This document shows positions 16,995 to 25,373 of a DNA stretch of 64,000 nucleotides, one piece after another. Both the position numbers and the translations under genes were made by a program. Under the pieces are notes generated by a model. That model made no database searches, was not told the DNA's origin, and saw nothing but the letters and a program-made list of their open reading frames with translations. This DNA comes from Candidatus Dormiibacterota bacterium (GTDB taxonomy: Bacteria > Chloroflexota > Dormibacteria > Aeolococcales > Aeolococcaceae), in assembly GCA_036833315.1 (NCBI GenBank), contig DAITPY010000005.1, positions 1,576 to 65,575 on the forward strand, in the 5' to 3' direction. Each line of letters begins with the position of its first letter. Within the stretch, counting starts at the first letter, position 1.

Positions 16995-19100
16995 TCAGAC
17001 GGCTTGAAGGACGGGAAGCCACCCGCGCAGCCGGCAGCCGTCGCCCACCGCGGAATCGATCTCGAGATGCCCGTCGAGGGCGTCGAGCCGGTCGGCCACG
17101 TTGGTGAGCCCCGATCCTCTGAGCACGGTCGCGACCTCGAATCCGCAGCCGTTGTCATCGACCTCGAAGCGCAGCACCCCGTCGGCTTCGCTGAGCCGGA
17201 CCGTGGCCAGTGACGCGCCCGCGTACTTCTGCACATTCTGGAGTGCCTCGAGCACGGAAAAGTACACCGCTGCCTCCTGCTCCTGCGGGTGGCGATCGAT
17301 GGTCCCGGCCTCCACGACAACCGGGACTGTCGCCTTGCGGGCCTGCGCCTGGAGCGCCTCCACGAGCCCTCGCTCGGCCAGGATGGGCGGGTAGATGCCG
17401 CGGGCCAGGTCTCGCAGGTTCTCGAGGGCTTCATCCGCCTCGGCCTTGAGCTGTTGCAGTGTGGCGCGCGCCTTATCCGGGTTCCTGTCCATGAGCATCT
17501 CGGCCAACCCCACCTTGACCTTGAGCGCGACCAGGTGCTGTTGTGCGCCATCGTGCAGGTTGCGCTCCAGCCGTCTTCGTTCCTCGTCCTGCGACCTGAC
17601 CAGCCGCTGACGCGAGGCGCGCAGCTCGTCGAGGCGCTGCAGCAGCTCGGCGGTGAGGCCGACGTTCTTGAGCACCAACCCCGCCTGGTGCGCGAGGTCC
17701 TCGAGCAGCTTTAGCTCGATAGGGGTCAGCGACTCACCGCGGCGCTTGGTGATCGTCAGCGCTCCCAGGAGATCCCCCTGATGCAGCACCGGCACGGCAC
17801 GCTGGACGCCGTCCATCTCGGGAAGATATGTCCCGACGAGGGAGAGCGGCGCCTGTCCATTCGACGTCTCCGGATAGGTCGCCGCCGCACGCAACTGCTC
17901 ACCAGAACGCAGCCAGACAGTCGCAGCCGCTGCGGATGTTCCCTCCTGCAGGACCCGAGCCATGCGAGGCAGCACCTCCCCCGCCGCGTAGGTCTCGGCG
18001 ACACGCTGCGAGAACTCGCTCAGCACCTCGTACGGTGTGGCTCGTTTGCCGTACACGAGCCGGTTCGCGATGTGTTGCAGGCGCACGCGCACGGGTTGGA
18101 AGCCGACCGCGACGATCGCTGTGGCAAGGATCGAAAGTCCCAGGTTCGGCTTGCCTCCGCTCCCGACCAGTGTTCCGATGCCCACGGCAATGCCGACGTA
18201 GACCGCGGTGATCAACGCGGCAAGCGCGGCGTAGACGATGGCGCGACTGATGACGATGTCGATGCCGTACAGCCGGTACTTGAGGATCGCGATGCCGCAG
18301 GCGACCGGAATGGCGACACCGATGCCCGCCTCGAGGATGGCATTCGACAGCGGCTGCGCATACGGGGACGAGAACCCGAGGGGAAAGGTCGCCGCATACG
18401 CAACCAGGGTGGCGACAACGGCAAACGCAAACCACTTGATCTGCTGCCGCTCGTCGCCGGCAGACCGCCGGTAGCGAACCACGATGCTCGCGCCGGCCAC
18501 AAGGAGTAGCAGCAGGCTGACAGGCCACGTCACCCAGAGCCAGCCCAGCACGGGAGCGCTACCCTTGATGGCGGTCGGATCAGGGATGGACCGGACATTC
18601 GCCGCAATCGAGATCGGCCCCTCGTACAGGATCGTCCCAACCATCAGGAGAGCCGTGACCACGACCGCCGCGCCTGCGACCGGCCGCCAGCGCGAACTGA
18701 CCAGCCGGCCGGTCGGAAAGAGCAGTAGGACGAAGAGGAACGCACCGCTGGGAAAGACCGGCAGGATGATCCAGTTCGAGAGCCAGGCGGCCCATTGCAC
18801 TCCAGGCAGTCCCGGCGCGCCGAGAAGGCCTCGAAACGCGTATTCGCCGGAGGCTGCATGGAGCGATCCCAGGAGCGCGGCAGTCAGGAGCAGCCAGCCG
18901 ATGGGATTTCTCCGCTCCCGCGTTGCCACGATCACACCCACCGGAAGAATCCCTAGCTGAATCACGAGGTCGGGACCGAATGGGCTGGTGAGCACGTTGA
19001 GGTCGCCGTTCAGATAGGCCAGGGTCCACGCTACCGCCTCCAGCCCCAGGGTGGCGAGCGTGCTGGTCAGGGCGATCGTGAACGCTGTCCTCGACCTCAT
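16995..19100 (-). CDS. Polytopic membrane sensor histidine kinase, HisKA_3 (NarL-partner) type, orphan
   Basis: About 8-10 TM N-terminal domain, a GAF-like region, HisKA_3 (LERNLHDGAQQHLVALKVKVGLAEML) and HATPase_c (YFSVLEALQNVQKYAGAS...VDDNGCGF). Start taken at MRSRTAF (19100). The ORF-track N-terminal extension to 19358 runs across the att repeat and is rejected. Confidence 0.8.
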   Translation of the reverse strand: MRSRTAFTIALTSTLATLGLEAVAWTLAYLNGDLNVLTSPFGPDLVIQLGILPVGVIVATRERRNPIGWLLLTAALLGSLHAASGEYAFRGLLGAPGLPGVQWAAWLSNWIILPVFPSGAFLFVLLLFPTGRLVSSRWRPVAGAAVVVTALLMVGTILYEGPISIAANVRSIPDPTAIKGSAPVLGWLWVTWPVSLLLLLVAGASIVVRYRRSAGDERQQIKWFAFAVVATLVAYAATFPLGFSSPYAQPLSNAILEAGIGVAIPVACGIAILKYRLYGIDIVISRAIVYAALAALITAVYVGIAVGIGTLVGSGGKPNLGLSILATAIVAVGFQPVRVRLQHIANRLVYGKRATPYEVLSEFSQRVAETYAAGEVLPRMARVLQEGTSAAAATVWLRSGEQLRAAATYPETSNGQAPLSLVGTYLPEMDGVQRAVPVLHQGDLLGALTITKRRGESLTPIELKLLEDLAHQAGLVLKNVGLTAELLQRLDELRASRQRLVRSQDEERRRLERNLHDGAQQHLVALKVKVGLAEMLMDRNPDKARATLQQLKAEADEALENLRDLARGIYPPILAERGLVEALQAQARKATVPVVVEAGTIDRHPQEQEAAVYFSVLEALQNVQKYAGASLATVRLSEADGVLRFEVDDNGCGFEVATVLRGSGLTNVADRLDALDGHLEIDSAVGDGCRLRGWLPVLQAV

Positions 19101-19191
19101 GTGCCGAGTATTCTCAGACGCGGGAGGCAGATCCGAAATGGTGCCTGCACTTGAGGGCCGGGGGGGTTGGCCACACCGGCGATCGGCGCAG

Positions 19192-19219
19192 TGGTGGAGG
19201 CGCCGGGGATCGAACCCGG
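19192..19219. repeat. Distal att repeat: 28-bp exact copy of the 3' end of ssrA
   Basis: TGGTGGAGGCGCCGGGGATCGAACCCGG is identical to 25346-25373 and in the same orientation. It covers CCA, the acceptor 3' strand and the T-arm of the tmRNA. Confidence 0.75.
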
Positions 19220-19220
19220 A

Positions 19221-19385
19221 GACCTCCCCACTGACGTTGACCAGGACTTGCTCATCGATCTGCTCATCGGCCCGTTCTACTACCGCATCTTTATCACGGG
19301 CCACCGCGTCGAACCCGATCTCTCGGAGAAGCTCGTCGATTTCGTGCTCTTGCGGCATATCCCGAAGGTGGCCACCCGCCCTTAG
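19221..19385 (+). pseudogene. TetR-family regulator C-terminal fragment (5'-truncated at the island junction)
   Basis: Translation ...DQDLLIDLLIGPFYYRIFITGHRVEPDLSEKLVDFVLLRHIP... resembles a TetR C-terminal ligand domain. It has no HTH N-terminus and starts exactly where the ssrA homology ends. Confidence 0.3.
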
Positions 19386-20005
19386 ACGCCGGGCTTCACC
19401 ATCACGTCGGCGAAAGCCGAGCGCTTCCTGGGCTCGTTACCGGATCCGCGCTTCAGACACCTCGATATGGCGTGACGATTGGGTTCCCCCTCGAAACTCA
19501 CTCCGTTACGGCGGCGACGTCCTCAGCTGCTGCCACACCCCCCTGTGGCTGCTGCCATATCCCCCTGCGGCGCCGGAGGCGTCGCCGTCACCCCCTCTCG
19601 GACGGGATCGTGGTGCCATCAAGTGTCGCTCGCTCGCGTGACCGCAACCCAGATGGTGCGTCGCGACCATGTCACATCGGGGCATCAAGTCTTAAGACCG
19701 CGCGGGCCTGGGGTCGGGTGGGTATCGTCGGCGAGGCTCACACGACACGCCTTGCCGCAGACCACCCGGGTCAGCGAGGCAGACTCACGGCGCTCGACTC
19801 ACGTCTATCGCCGCCGCGATTGATGAGCAGTTGAAAGACCACGGTTCGTAACTCATTCCCTTCCTGATGGAGACCCCCGCCGGCTCCCATGTCGGGGCGC
19901 TGTCAGGCTCATTGACGCCGTACAGGGCGGTCTGTCATGCTTCCGCGACGGGGGCCGATGAGATGTGGGCGACCCCGAGACAACGCGGAAAGCAAGGGGT
20001 AGACG

Positions 20006-21178
20006 GTGAGCTCGTTCAACACGCGTGTGCTTATCCGTGCCGTCGCGGCGACTGCCCTCGGGCTGCTGATCGCCCTGCCCAACACGCTGCCAGCGGGAGC
20101 GGCGGGAGTGCAGACATTCACCCCGGGCCGCGCCGTGTACGACGTCGGCATACACAGCTCGGTGACCGCCGCCCAGCTGGAGGCTACCACCGCCTCGAGC
20201 ATCCGCCATTACACCGCCACGGTAAAGGTCGGCAGCACCTCGTACACCTATGCCATCGTCGGCAAGAACCCGGCCAAGAAGGTCACCAACGCCTCCACCA
20301 CGGTGAAGGTGAAGCTGATCCCTCTGGTCATGAAGTTCTCCAAGGGGGACACGTGGGACCCGACCAAGGTGGACAGCTGCGATTCCGGCGCAACGCCGCT
20401 CAGCCGCGTCCAGAAGTCACCCCTTGTCGTCAAGCAGGCGTGGACGTGGGGAGGCACGGCGATCGGCACCGGCCAGGTGACCGATGCCTATCAACGCGCT
20501 GACTTCTGGCAGTATGCGAAGCCTGGAGGGGTCAACCCCACGTACGGAGTGATCCTCAGCGTGAGCACCCTCTCGGCCGTCACGGTGAACGTGCCCGACG
20601 CGTATGCAGCCACCGCCAGCATCGGTTGCGGCAACGGCCTCTTGGGCGCCACCGACATCAACTGGCTCGATCCCTACCTCCAGGGCACGGTCATCCCCTC
20701 GCTGGCGAGCAAGGGCGTGAGCCCTTCGACCCTGCCCATCTTCGTTCTGCACAACTTCGTTGAGTACATCGGCACCACCAGCCAGTGCTGCGTGCTCGGC
20801 TACCACAACGACTACAGCGCCGGCGGCGGGATCCAGACCTATGGCCTGGGCATGTACGACAACTCTGGAGTCTTCGTCGGATCCTCAGACATCTCCGCGC
20901 TCTCGCACGAGATCGGCGAGTGGCAGAACGACCCGTACACCACCAACCCCACCCCGTCGTGGGGTCATATCGGCCAGGTGACGGGGTGCCAGAGCAATCT
21001 CGAGGTGGGCGATCCCCTCTCGGGCACCACCTTCCCTGACACTGTCGGTGGCTTCACCTACCACCCGCAGGAGCTAGCCTTTTTCTCCTGGTTCTATCAC
21101 CAGACCCCGAGCCTCGGGGTGAATGGCTGGTACTCCGATAAGGGGACGTTCACAACGTCCGCCGCCGCCTGCCCGTAA
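20006..21178 (+). CDS. Secreted protein of unknown function (390 aa, GTG start, Sec signal peptide)
   Basis: Signal peptide VLIRAVAATALGLLIALPNTLPAGAAG. Several Cys pairs, a Ser/Thr/Gly-rich body and an HEIGEW motif near residue 300. No family recognised by eye. Confidence 0.6.
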   Translation: MSSFNTRVLIRAVAATALGLLIALPNTLPAGAAGVQTFTPGRAVYDVGIHSSVTAAQLEATTASSIRHYTATVKVGSTSYTYAIVGKNPAKKVTNASTTVKVKLIPLVMKFSKGDTWDPTKVDSCDSGATPLSRVQKSPLVVKQAWTWGGTAIGTGQVTDAYQRADFWQYAKPGGVNPTYGVILSVSTLSAVTVNVPDAYAATASIGCGNGLLGATDINWLDPYLQGTVIPSLASKGVSPSTLPIFVLHNFVEYIGTTSQCCVLGYHNDYSAGGGIQTYGLGMYDNSGVFVGSSDISALSHEIGEWQNDPYTTNPTPSWGHIGQVTGCQSNLEVGDPLSGTTFPDTVGGFTYHPQELAFFSWFYHQTPSLGVNGWYSDKGTFTTSAAACP

Positions 21179-21674
21179 GGATCGAAGCCTTCTTCCCGGC
21201 GATCCCGGGCGTGCCAGGTCGGGCGGATAGGTCGCCGAGATCGCCGGCCATGAGCTAGCCTGAATTAGAACGTGGGGATGGCGCAGCGGGGTGAACTAGC
21301 AACCGCCGCAGCCGACCCCCCGGGGGAAAGGAGCGAATTACCGCATGGCGACGAACCGCGCGCCGCGGTACGCGCTGTTCTCGTTGCCATCGTTCTGGCT
21401 GCCAGTCCTACAGACGGCGCCGAGCTTCGAGAGTTCGTTGTGCGCGAGCTGGATCAGGCCTTCTGTCGGCTTCCGAGTTGCGGGCACCGGTAGCGCTGTG
21501 CGAGTGCCGAGTGATGAAGCGGAGCTCGTCGGCCGTCAGCGATGCACGATTGCGTCGGAGGCGGCGGGCTTCGACTTCGGGAGAGTCTTCTCGAGCCGCT
21601 GCACCTGCTCTTCGAGCTCTCGGCGAGCGCCGATGTACGCACCGGCCTTCACGCCGTGCCTCGTATTTGCGATG

Positions 21675-21709
21675 CCGCAGGTTGCGGAAAAAAACGCGCC
21701 AACCTGCGG
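21675..21709. promoter_or_regulatory. Perfect 10-bp inverted repeat CCGCAGGTTG-N15-CAACCTGCGG with A7 loop
   Basis: Read directly from the sequence. Lies about 180 nt upstream of the phosphoesterase gene inside the island. Confidence 0.3.
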
Positions 21710-21889
21710 GAGCTCGCGTACGACCGGGGCGCGTCGCGAGGGGTCGGCGCAGGTTTTTCTCGAAGGCGGGGTGGTGGTGCCTCGACGTTTTTCTCGCGGC
21801 TAACCGCACGATCAACGCGGTGTTGGACGTCGAAGGCTGGTTCCAGCAACCAACCTCGCCCGGGTTATCGGTGTCAATATGCACTGACG

Positions 21890-22897
21890 ATGAGAAGGGT
21901 GTTCCCGGGGCTCGTCGTGGGTTGCTTGCTGGCCGCCTGCGGTAGCAACAGTGATCGAGCGCGGAGCTCGACTCCCACGCCGGCGCCGACCGACAGCTAC
22001 ATCGGCACAAGCGCTCCGACGCTGCTGCCGACGCCGACGCCGACAGCAACACCGGTGTCGCTGACGCCACGACCAACCGCGAGACCGACCAGCGCGCCGC
22101 CTCAGAACAACCCCCGGCCACCCTCGCGGCCGCATGTCCTGATCGTGATGCTCGAGAACAAGGGCTACGCGGCGACGCTTGGCACGTGTTCGGCGGACGG
22201 GTACCTCTGCTCGCTGGCCTCGCAGTACGCGAGCGTGATCGGCTGGAACGGGGTCGGCCACCCCTCCCTGCCCAACTACCTGGCGATCACCTCCGGATCG
22301 ACCCAGGGCTGCAGCAGCGATTCCTGCGCCCGGGGTAGGTACCACACCGACCTGATGGCGCAGCTCAACGCTGCGGGCGTCCCCTGGACGATGTATGCGG
22401 AGTCGATGCCGACGCCCTGTGACTTCAACGACAGCGGCAACTACGTCGTCCACCACAACCCCGCCCCGTACTACACGGACGCCACCTGTCCAGCCCGCGA
22501 CCTGCCCTATCCGGGGGCTGCTCGACTGGTCACGACGCTCGACGGAGCGGCACCGCCCGACCTCGTCTGGATCACGCCGAACAACGTCGATAACATGCAC
22601 AGCGGCACCGTCCAAGCCGGCGACGCCTGGCTCAGGGCCAACCTCCCGGGCGTGCTCACGTCCTCGTGGTTCACGAGCCGCAATGCCACCGTGATCGTCA
22701 CCATGGATGAGAACGACGTCGACGGCTCCGGAGTCCCCATGGTGGTGATCTCAAACAATGCCAGGGGTGTGGGGGCTGTGACCATGCACGGCAACCACTA
22801 TGGAACCCTTCGCGCAATTGAGGAGGCGTTCCACCTAGCCCTACTCGGCAGCGCACGAAGCCCTAACTACGGAGACATCATCCGGTACTTCGGCTGA
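21890..22897 (+). CDS. Phosphoesterase-family lipoprotein (phospholipase C / acid phosphatase AcpA-like, PF04185)
   Basis: Lipoprotein signal MRRVFPGLVVGCLLAACGS, then HVLIVMLENKGY...NGVGHPSLPNYLAITSGST...HHNPAPYY...VWITPNNVDNMHSG, typical of the PLC/AcpA phosphoesterase family. The ORF track over-extends the N-terminus to 21542. Confidence 0.75.
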   Translation: MRRVFPGLVVGCLLAACGSNSDRARSSTPTPAPTDSYIGTSAPTLLPTPTPTATPVSLTPRPTARPTSAPPQNNPRPPSRPHVLIVMLENKGYAATLGTCSADGYLCSLASQYASVIGWNGVGHPSLPNYLAITSGSTQGCSSDSCARGRYHTDLMAQLNAAGVPWTMYAESMPTPCDFNDSGNYVVHHNPAPYYTDATCPARDLPYPGAARLVTTLDGAAPPDLVWITPNNVDNMHSGTVQAGDAWLRANLPGVLTSSWFTSRNATVIVTMDENDVDGSGVPMVVISNNARGVGAVTMHGNHYGTLRAIEEAFHLALLGSARSPNYGDIIRYFG

Positions 22898-22904
22898 CCC
22901 AATG

Positions 22905-23130
22905 GGGTCGTCACTGTCTACTCCGGCGACCCGCTCGGGATCACGGCTGGACCCGACGGAGCAATGTGGTTCACGTGTGCCTCCAACGCTATTGGGCGGA
23001 TTAATGCTCCGGTAACCCCAACCTAATCAGCCTAACCCGGCGTCGGGCGCGGTCGGCAGCAAAGTAACCATCACTGGTCAAGATCTCTCTGGCACCGCGG
23101 CCCTCGACGAAAACATACCCGAAGACGTGT
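22905..23130 (+). pseudogene. Gene debris: Vgb/NHL-type beta-propeller repeat fragment followed by IPT/TIG-like fragment in another frame
   Basis: Frame a: VVTVYSGDPLGITAGPDGAMWFTCASNAIGRINAPVTP (streptogramin-lyase-like repeat). Frame b: PASGAVGSKVTITGQDLSGTAAL (IPT-like). Neither fragment has a start or an intact ORF. Confidence 0.35.
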
Positions 23131-23236
23131 GTTGCACCGAGTTATCCCAGCGAGAACGGCCGGATGATCGGCGACGACTTCTCATATAGCGGACCGGTGG
23201 GCATGATCTTCGTTATGTGGGCGTCGCTAGCCACTA

Positions 23237-23847
23237 GGATGGACGGATTCAGTCGGCAACGCGCAACGCCGCAGACGTGCCGCGATACGCGGGCGGATCG
23301 ACGGGGCCGAACTCCTGGACGCGGACCTCGGTGACCGTCTGCTCGGGCAATCCTTCCCGGTTGTTAGCTGACGTGCCGGGACACCTGACGAAGGTGTCGC
23401 GCAGCACCTCGAAGGTGAGCGAGCCACCGTACTTTCCGGTCGCGAACCACGGCGCCGCTCCCAGCAGTGGTCCGCGTCTAGGAGCTCGACCTCGTAGCGG
23501 AGTCCCATATCGTCCTCTTCGAGCAACGTGATCGGCCCCAACGTCTTGTGACCGAAACGCGGGTCCTTGCCATGCTGGAACGTCACTTTCATGCGGTCCC
23601 GGTCGGCGATGGTCTTAGAGAAGCAGCCGGGTCGGAACCGCTGCAGGAAGTGGCCTTCGAGGACAGAGTCGACCTCGCGCCACTGGTCGAACACGGCCGC
23701 GTGGCCGAACAGGACGCCGGGTCCGCGGCCAGCCACGCGATTGGCCGGCTCGGGATCGCGTACCTCCGCGGCGGCGAACCTGTTGGCTGCCTTCCAAAGC
23801 GCACCCGGCCCGAGGCCACGCCGACGAGCCAACGCCTTGAGCTCCAT
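23237..23847 (-). pseudogene. HK97-family phage prohead protease (S78) remnant, frameshifted
   Basis: MELKAL...VLFGHAAVFDQWREVDSVLEGHF...FRPGCFSKTI...MKVTFQHGKDP...GLRYEVELLDADH matches the prohead protease N-domain. After LLDADH the reading frame must shift (+1) to keep protein-like sequence (...GGSLTFEVLRDTF...). Confidence 0.5.
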
Positions 23848-24235
23848 CGAGGCGACGCTGCGGCCATCGCTACACAGCTGCCGCACCGCGTCGATGCCGC
23901 ACTCCTTTAAGGAGCGCGTAGAAGTCGCCACCGCGCTGCAGGCGATGGGCGCCGTTCGCGGATGGATGCGGCTCCGGTTCGGACACGACATAGGGGACGT
24001 ACCTGGCCGCGACGCGCTCGAGGAAAGCGCTGACGGCGATGTCGTCACATAGCTCGGCCAGCCGGTGGATAGGGCCGTATGTCCACCGCCCACGTCCAAT
24101 TTGCCCAGGGCGACGCGGCATAGGGGGCTTCTGAGTCGACCACGAGCGCCGTTCGCCCTTGCAGGTCGGCATAGAGTTGGCGCAGATCGGCACCGACGCC
24201 CGACGCGGCAGTCGAGCCGTAGCCGTGGACTACGG

Positions 24236-24670
24236 TCAGGCAGGCGCCAGTCGTCGGCCGATCGCTTTGGCGGCCTCGCTGTCCGCCTCGACGTCTGCCT
24301 CCAGCGCAGCGTCCCAGAACGGCTTCGAGTCCGGGTCGCGTTTCGGTGGTTTCTCGCCCCATGGATTGTCGCGGCAACGGACGTATACCGAGGGGTCTTC
24401 AACCCCTGCGACGGCGCAGACGTCGGCCAACAGCCCCCTCCAGGTCGCCCAGTCGGCCGCGTACGCGGCAATGGTTACGTCGCCCAGCCCTTGTGGCGTC
24501 CAGCCGGGCACAACCTCGCGACCGCTCTGGTAAGCCACGGCGACTGCGCACGTCAGTGCCGCAAGTTCGAGTCCGGGCGGTCCTACCAGCGTCGTAACGC
24601 GACCATCTTCGAGCAGCGGGCCGAGCAGGCGAGGTGTGTCGACGAACAAGGCGATGGTGTCGTCACGCAT
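24236..24670 (-). CDS. Hypothetical island protein (about 145 aa)
   Basis: Internal start MRDDTIALFVDTPRLLGPLLEDGRVTTLVGPPGLELAALTCAV...RCRDNPWGEKPPKRDPDSKPFWDAALEADVE. Composition is protein-like but no family recognised. Confidence 0.35.
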   Translation of the reverse strand: MRDDTIALFVDTPRLLGPLLEDGRVTTLVGPPGLELAALTCAVAVAYQSGREVVPGWTPQGLGDVTIAAYAADWATWRGLLADVCAVAGVEDPSVYVRCRDNPWGEKPPKRDPDSKPFWDAALEADVEADSEAAKAIGRRLAPA

Positions 24671-24887
24671 CGCGGTCAGGGAAGATCGTGAAGGTGAAGC
24701 ACTCGTCGCGTGGCGGGACGATGTAGCCACCCATCCGGCGCCAGCCGGCCGGGAGCTCGTCGGCGACAGGCTCGGCCACCGCAGGGTCGACACGTCGCTG
24801 GCAGCGGTGCGAGCAGAACCGGGCGTCCGAGCGCTTGGCGCTGAAGGCGCGATGACACCGCTCGCAGGTGAGTCGATGGCGCGCTAA
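24663..24887 (-). CDS. Small zinc-ribbon protein (CxxC...FCSxxC) of phage/island type
   Basis: LTCERCHRAFSAKRSDARFCSHRCQRR motif. Start codon uncertain (non-ATG). Lies immediately inside the island next to ssrA. Confidence 0.3.
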   Translation of the reverse strand, partial: LARHRLTCERCHRAFSAKRSDARFCSHRCQRRVDPAVAEPVADELPAGWRRMGGYIVPPRDECFTFTIFPDRDA

Positions 24888-25345
24888 TGGCAGGCTATTG
24901 CTCAAAGTTGGCCCTCCAAAGCCAAAAGCGCCGACGCACTTGAGATCGGCAATCGGCGCCAACGCAAAGATTGGAATTGTTTCGGGAAGGGTCCCGGGCG
25001 TGCCAGCGATCCGGAAATTCACGAGACACCCCATCCCCCCTTCGCGCGGGATCTCCAGTTGCGGCCAGCACAGTCGGCGCGAGTCTCACGACCTTGTGAG
25101 GCCCGTCGCGGTGATGCCTGCTCATATCGGCGTGAAACCCCTGCCGCGATTTTTTTCGCGGCTAACAGGACGTTCCAATAAGGAGCAATCCCCCGATGAG
25201 CACCGCCCATATCCCAACCATGGCGGGATCTTAGGCTGCCCTCGCACGGCCACATCCGAGGGTGTTGTGTGAGGTAGCCCTGAGCTGTTAGGGGTCACGG
25301 TAGGGGTCAAAACCCCGTTCCGGTCCCGATTCCGCATTCAGTGGA

Positions 25346-25373
25346 TGGTGGAGGCGCCGGGGATCGAACCCGG
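25346..25373. repeat. Proximal att repeat (3' end of intact ssrA)
   Basis: Identical to 19192-19219. Confidence 0.75.

Larger units (their letters stand above)
19220..25345. mobile_element. Decayed genomic island / prophage remnant integrated at the ssrA 3' end (about 6.1 kb, no integrase detected)
   Basis: Bounded by the 28-bp direct repeat. Visibly lower-GC stretches (e.g. 22900-23250, 25040-25340), pseudogene fragments and a phage prohead-protease remnant. Secreted/lipoprotein cargo on the strand opposite to flanking genes. Confidence 0.6.

Noticed and set aside
19100-19358. N-terminal extension of the HisKA_3 kinase ORF, and the 196-aa/72-aa + strand ORFs across the att repeat
   Set aside because: They run through the 28-bp tmRNA-derived repeat and have junk composition. 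The kinase has a sensible start at MRSRTAF followed by its first TM helix.
21240-21300. tRNA-like start GGGGATGGCGCAGCGGGGTGAACTAGCAACC
   Set aside because: No D-loop, anticodon arm or T-arm (GTTCRA) could be folded, so it is not a tRNA.
21345-21803. 152-aa + strand ORF with a strong GGAAAGGAG RBS and ATG
   Set aside because: The RBS is convincing but the translation is Ser/Arg/Cys-rich with no hydrophobic core or motif. Kept only as a possible short leader peptide, not called as a gene.
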